Shown one piece after another: positions 63,067 through 64,000 of a stretch of 64,000 bases of DNA. The stretch comes from Squalus acanthias. Lineage: Eukaryota. Location: positions 28,830,001-28,894,000 of the forward strand of contig CM059430.1 of the NCBI GenBank assembly GCA_030390025.1. The letters are read 5' to 3'. The translations under genes were made by a program, and so were the position numbers. Under the pieces are notes generated by a model. It ran no database searches, was not told the DNA's origin, and saw only the letters and a program-made list of their open reading frames with translations. Numbering within the stretch: position 1 is the stretch's first letter; every line of letters begins with the position of its first letter.

Positions 63067-64000
63067 ACGTAGTGATGTGATAATTGTTAATGCAATGCCA
63101 ATCAACATCTCTGACCCAGAATGGGTACAATTTAAAGTGTTCAATCTCATTCCTCCATGTAGTCAATTGGTGTTAGAGATTTTAAAAATGCCAAATTAAA
63201 AATGTTTACTTTTTTTTTACTTTTCCTTTCTGTCTTTGTCTTCTGTCTCTTAATCCAGTTTTTCTTTCTCTCTCTTTATTTCTCTTTCTGCACCCGATTT
63301 GACTCTAATTCAGCCTCCTTCTCCATTATTCCTCAATTTCTTTCTCAATCCTTAAATCTCACTGGTTAAGGAGATAGACCACTGATCCCACCATTCACTA
63401 AGGCCCCAGATGCCACGCTGCCCTTGCCGCTCCGTTATCAGCTCGCATTTCCAGGAAGTTACAGCGCAAAAAGTTTTCGAGCTGAAGAGCGGAGAAAAAA
63501 GTCTAACTGGGCGCGCACCGTGAGATGGGCCGGCTCTCTAGTAAGATCAATTAAAACTGAACAAAGTCCGTTATTTCTGTGGTACATTTTAAATTAATTA
63601 ACACTGAATAGACAGAAACACAGTAGCTTGAATCTCACAAACTGGAATAAATCACACACTAACCCTGATTTTCACTGCTTCTGCTGGTGAGAATGGGGCG
63701 ATTGCGCTCCAAAAATTGCAGCACTGAATGTTCACTGCTCCTAATCCGCCTGCCACCATTTTGCAGCCTTGAAAAGGGTGGCCTGAGCCCCCACCTGTTT
63801 CACGTGAGTGCTTTGTTAAGGTTTGCAAATTGGAGTCCTATGACAGACACAGGACCCTGGTGCAATTCTCAGGTACCGCTGCCCATTGGTACTTGGAGTG
63901 GAGCCTTAAAGGGACCACCACAGGCCACTGACAGATGGCCAGAAAAGAAGTGGTGCCACTGAAATCTTCCAGCCTGCTCTCAGTCCTTGTGTCCTGCCTC

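Larger units (their letters stand above)
59734..63548. mobile_element. MITE hosting a nested HE1-type SINE and a LINE
   Basis: Left end gggccagatcttgctgg versus right end ctagtaagatc; internal hairpin 60107-60177. Confidence 0.6.

Overview
Repeat-rich eukaryotic (vertebrate) DNA, most likely from a shark or other cartilaginous fish. This is inferred from an HE1-type V-SINE, SacSINE-like DeuSINEs and the CR1/L2/Penelope content. No host protein-coding gene can be identified with confidence; there are only two weak minus-strand exon candidates. The window holds: a near-full-length CR1 LINE with an intact esterase-type ORF1 (42.7-47.2 kb), tail-to-tail with a second CR1; L2, RTE, Tigger, Penelope and Vingi-like fragments; two solo LTRs with clean 4-bp TSDs; about ten GC-rich TIR elements (PIF/Harbinger-group-like MITEs), one of which has grown two tandem arrays (31.6-33.65 kb); and a 161-N assembly gap. 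The most unusual item is a CR1-group LINE family (60.3-63.1 kb, with further copies at 39 and 34 kb). It has no visible ORF1, begins with a tRNA-derived A-box/B-box head, and its sense strand is almost free of oligo-T Pol III terminators, which suggests a Pol III-driven, protein-coding retrotransposon. Family names come from pattern recognition, not database searches, and boundaries of old fragments are approximate.
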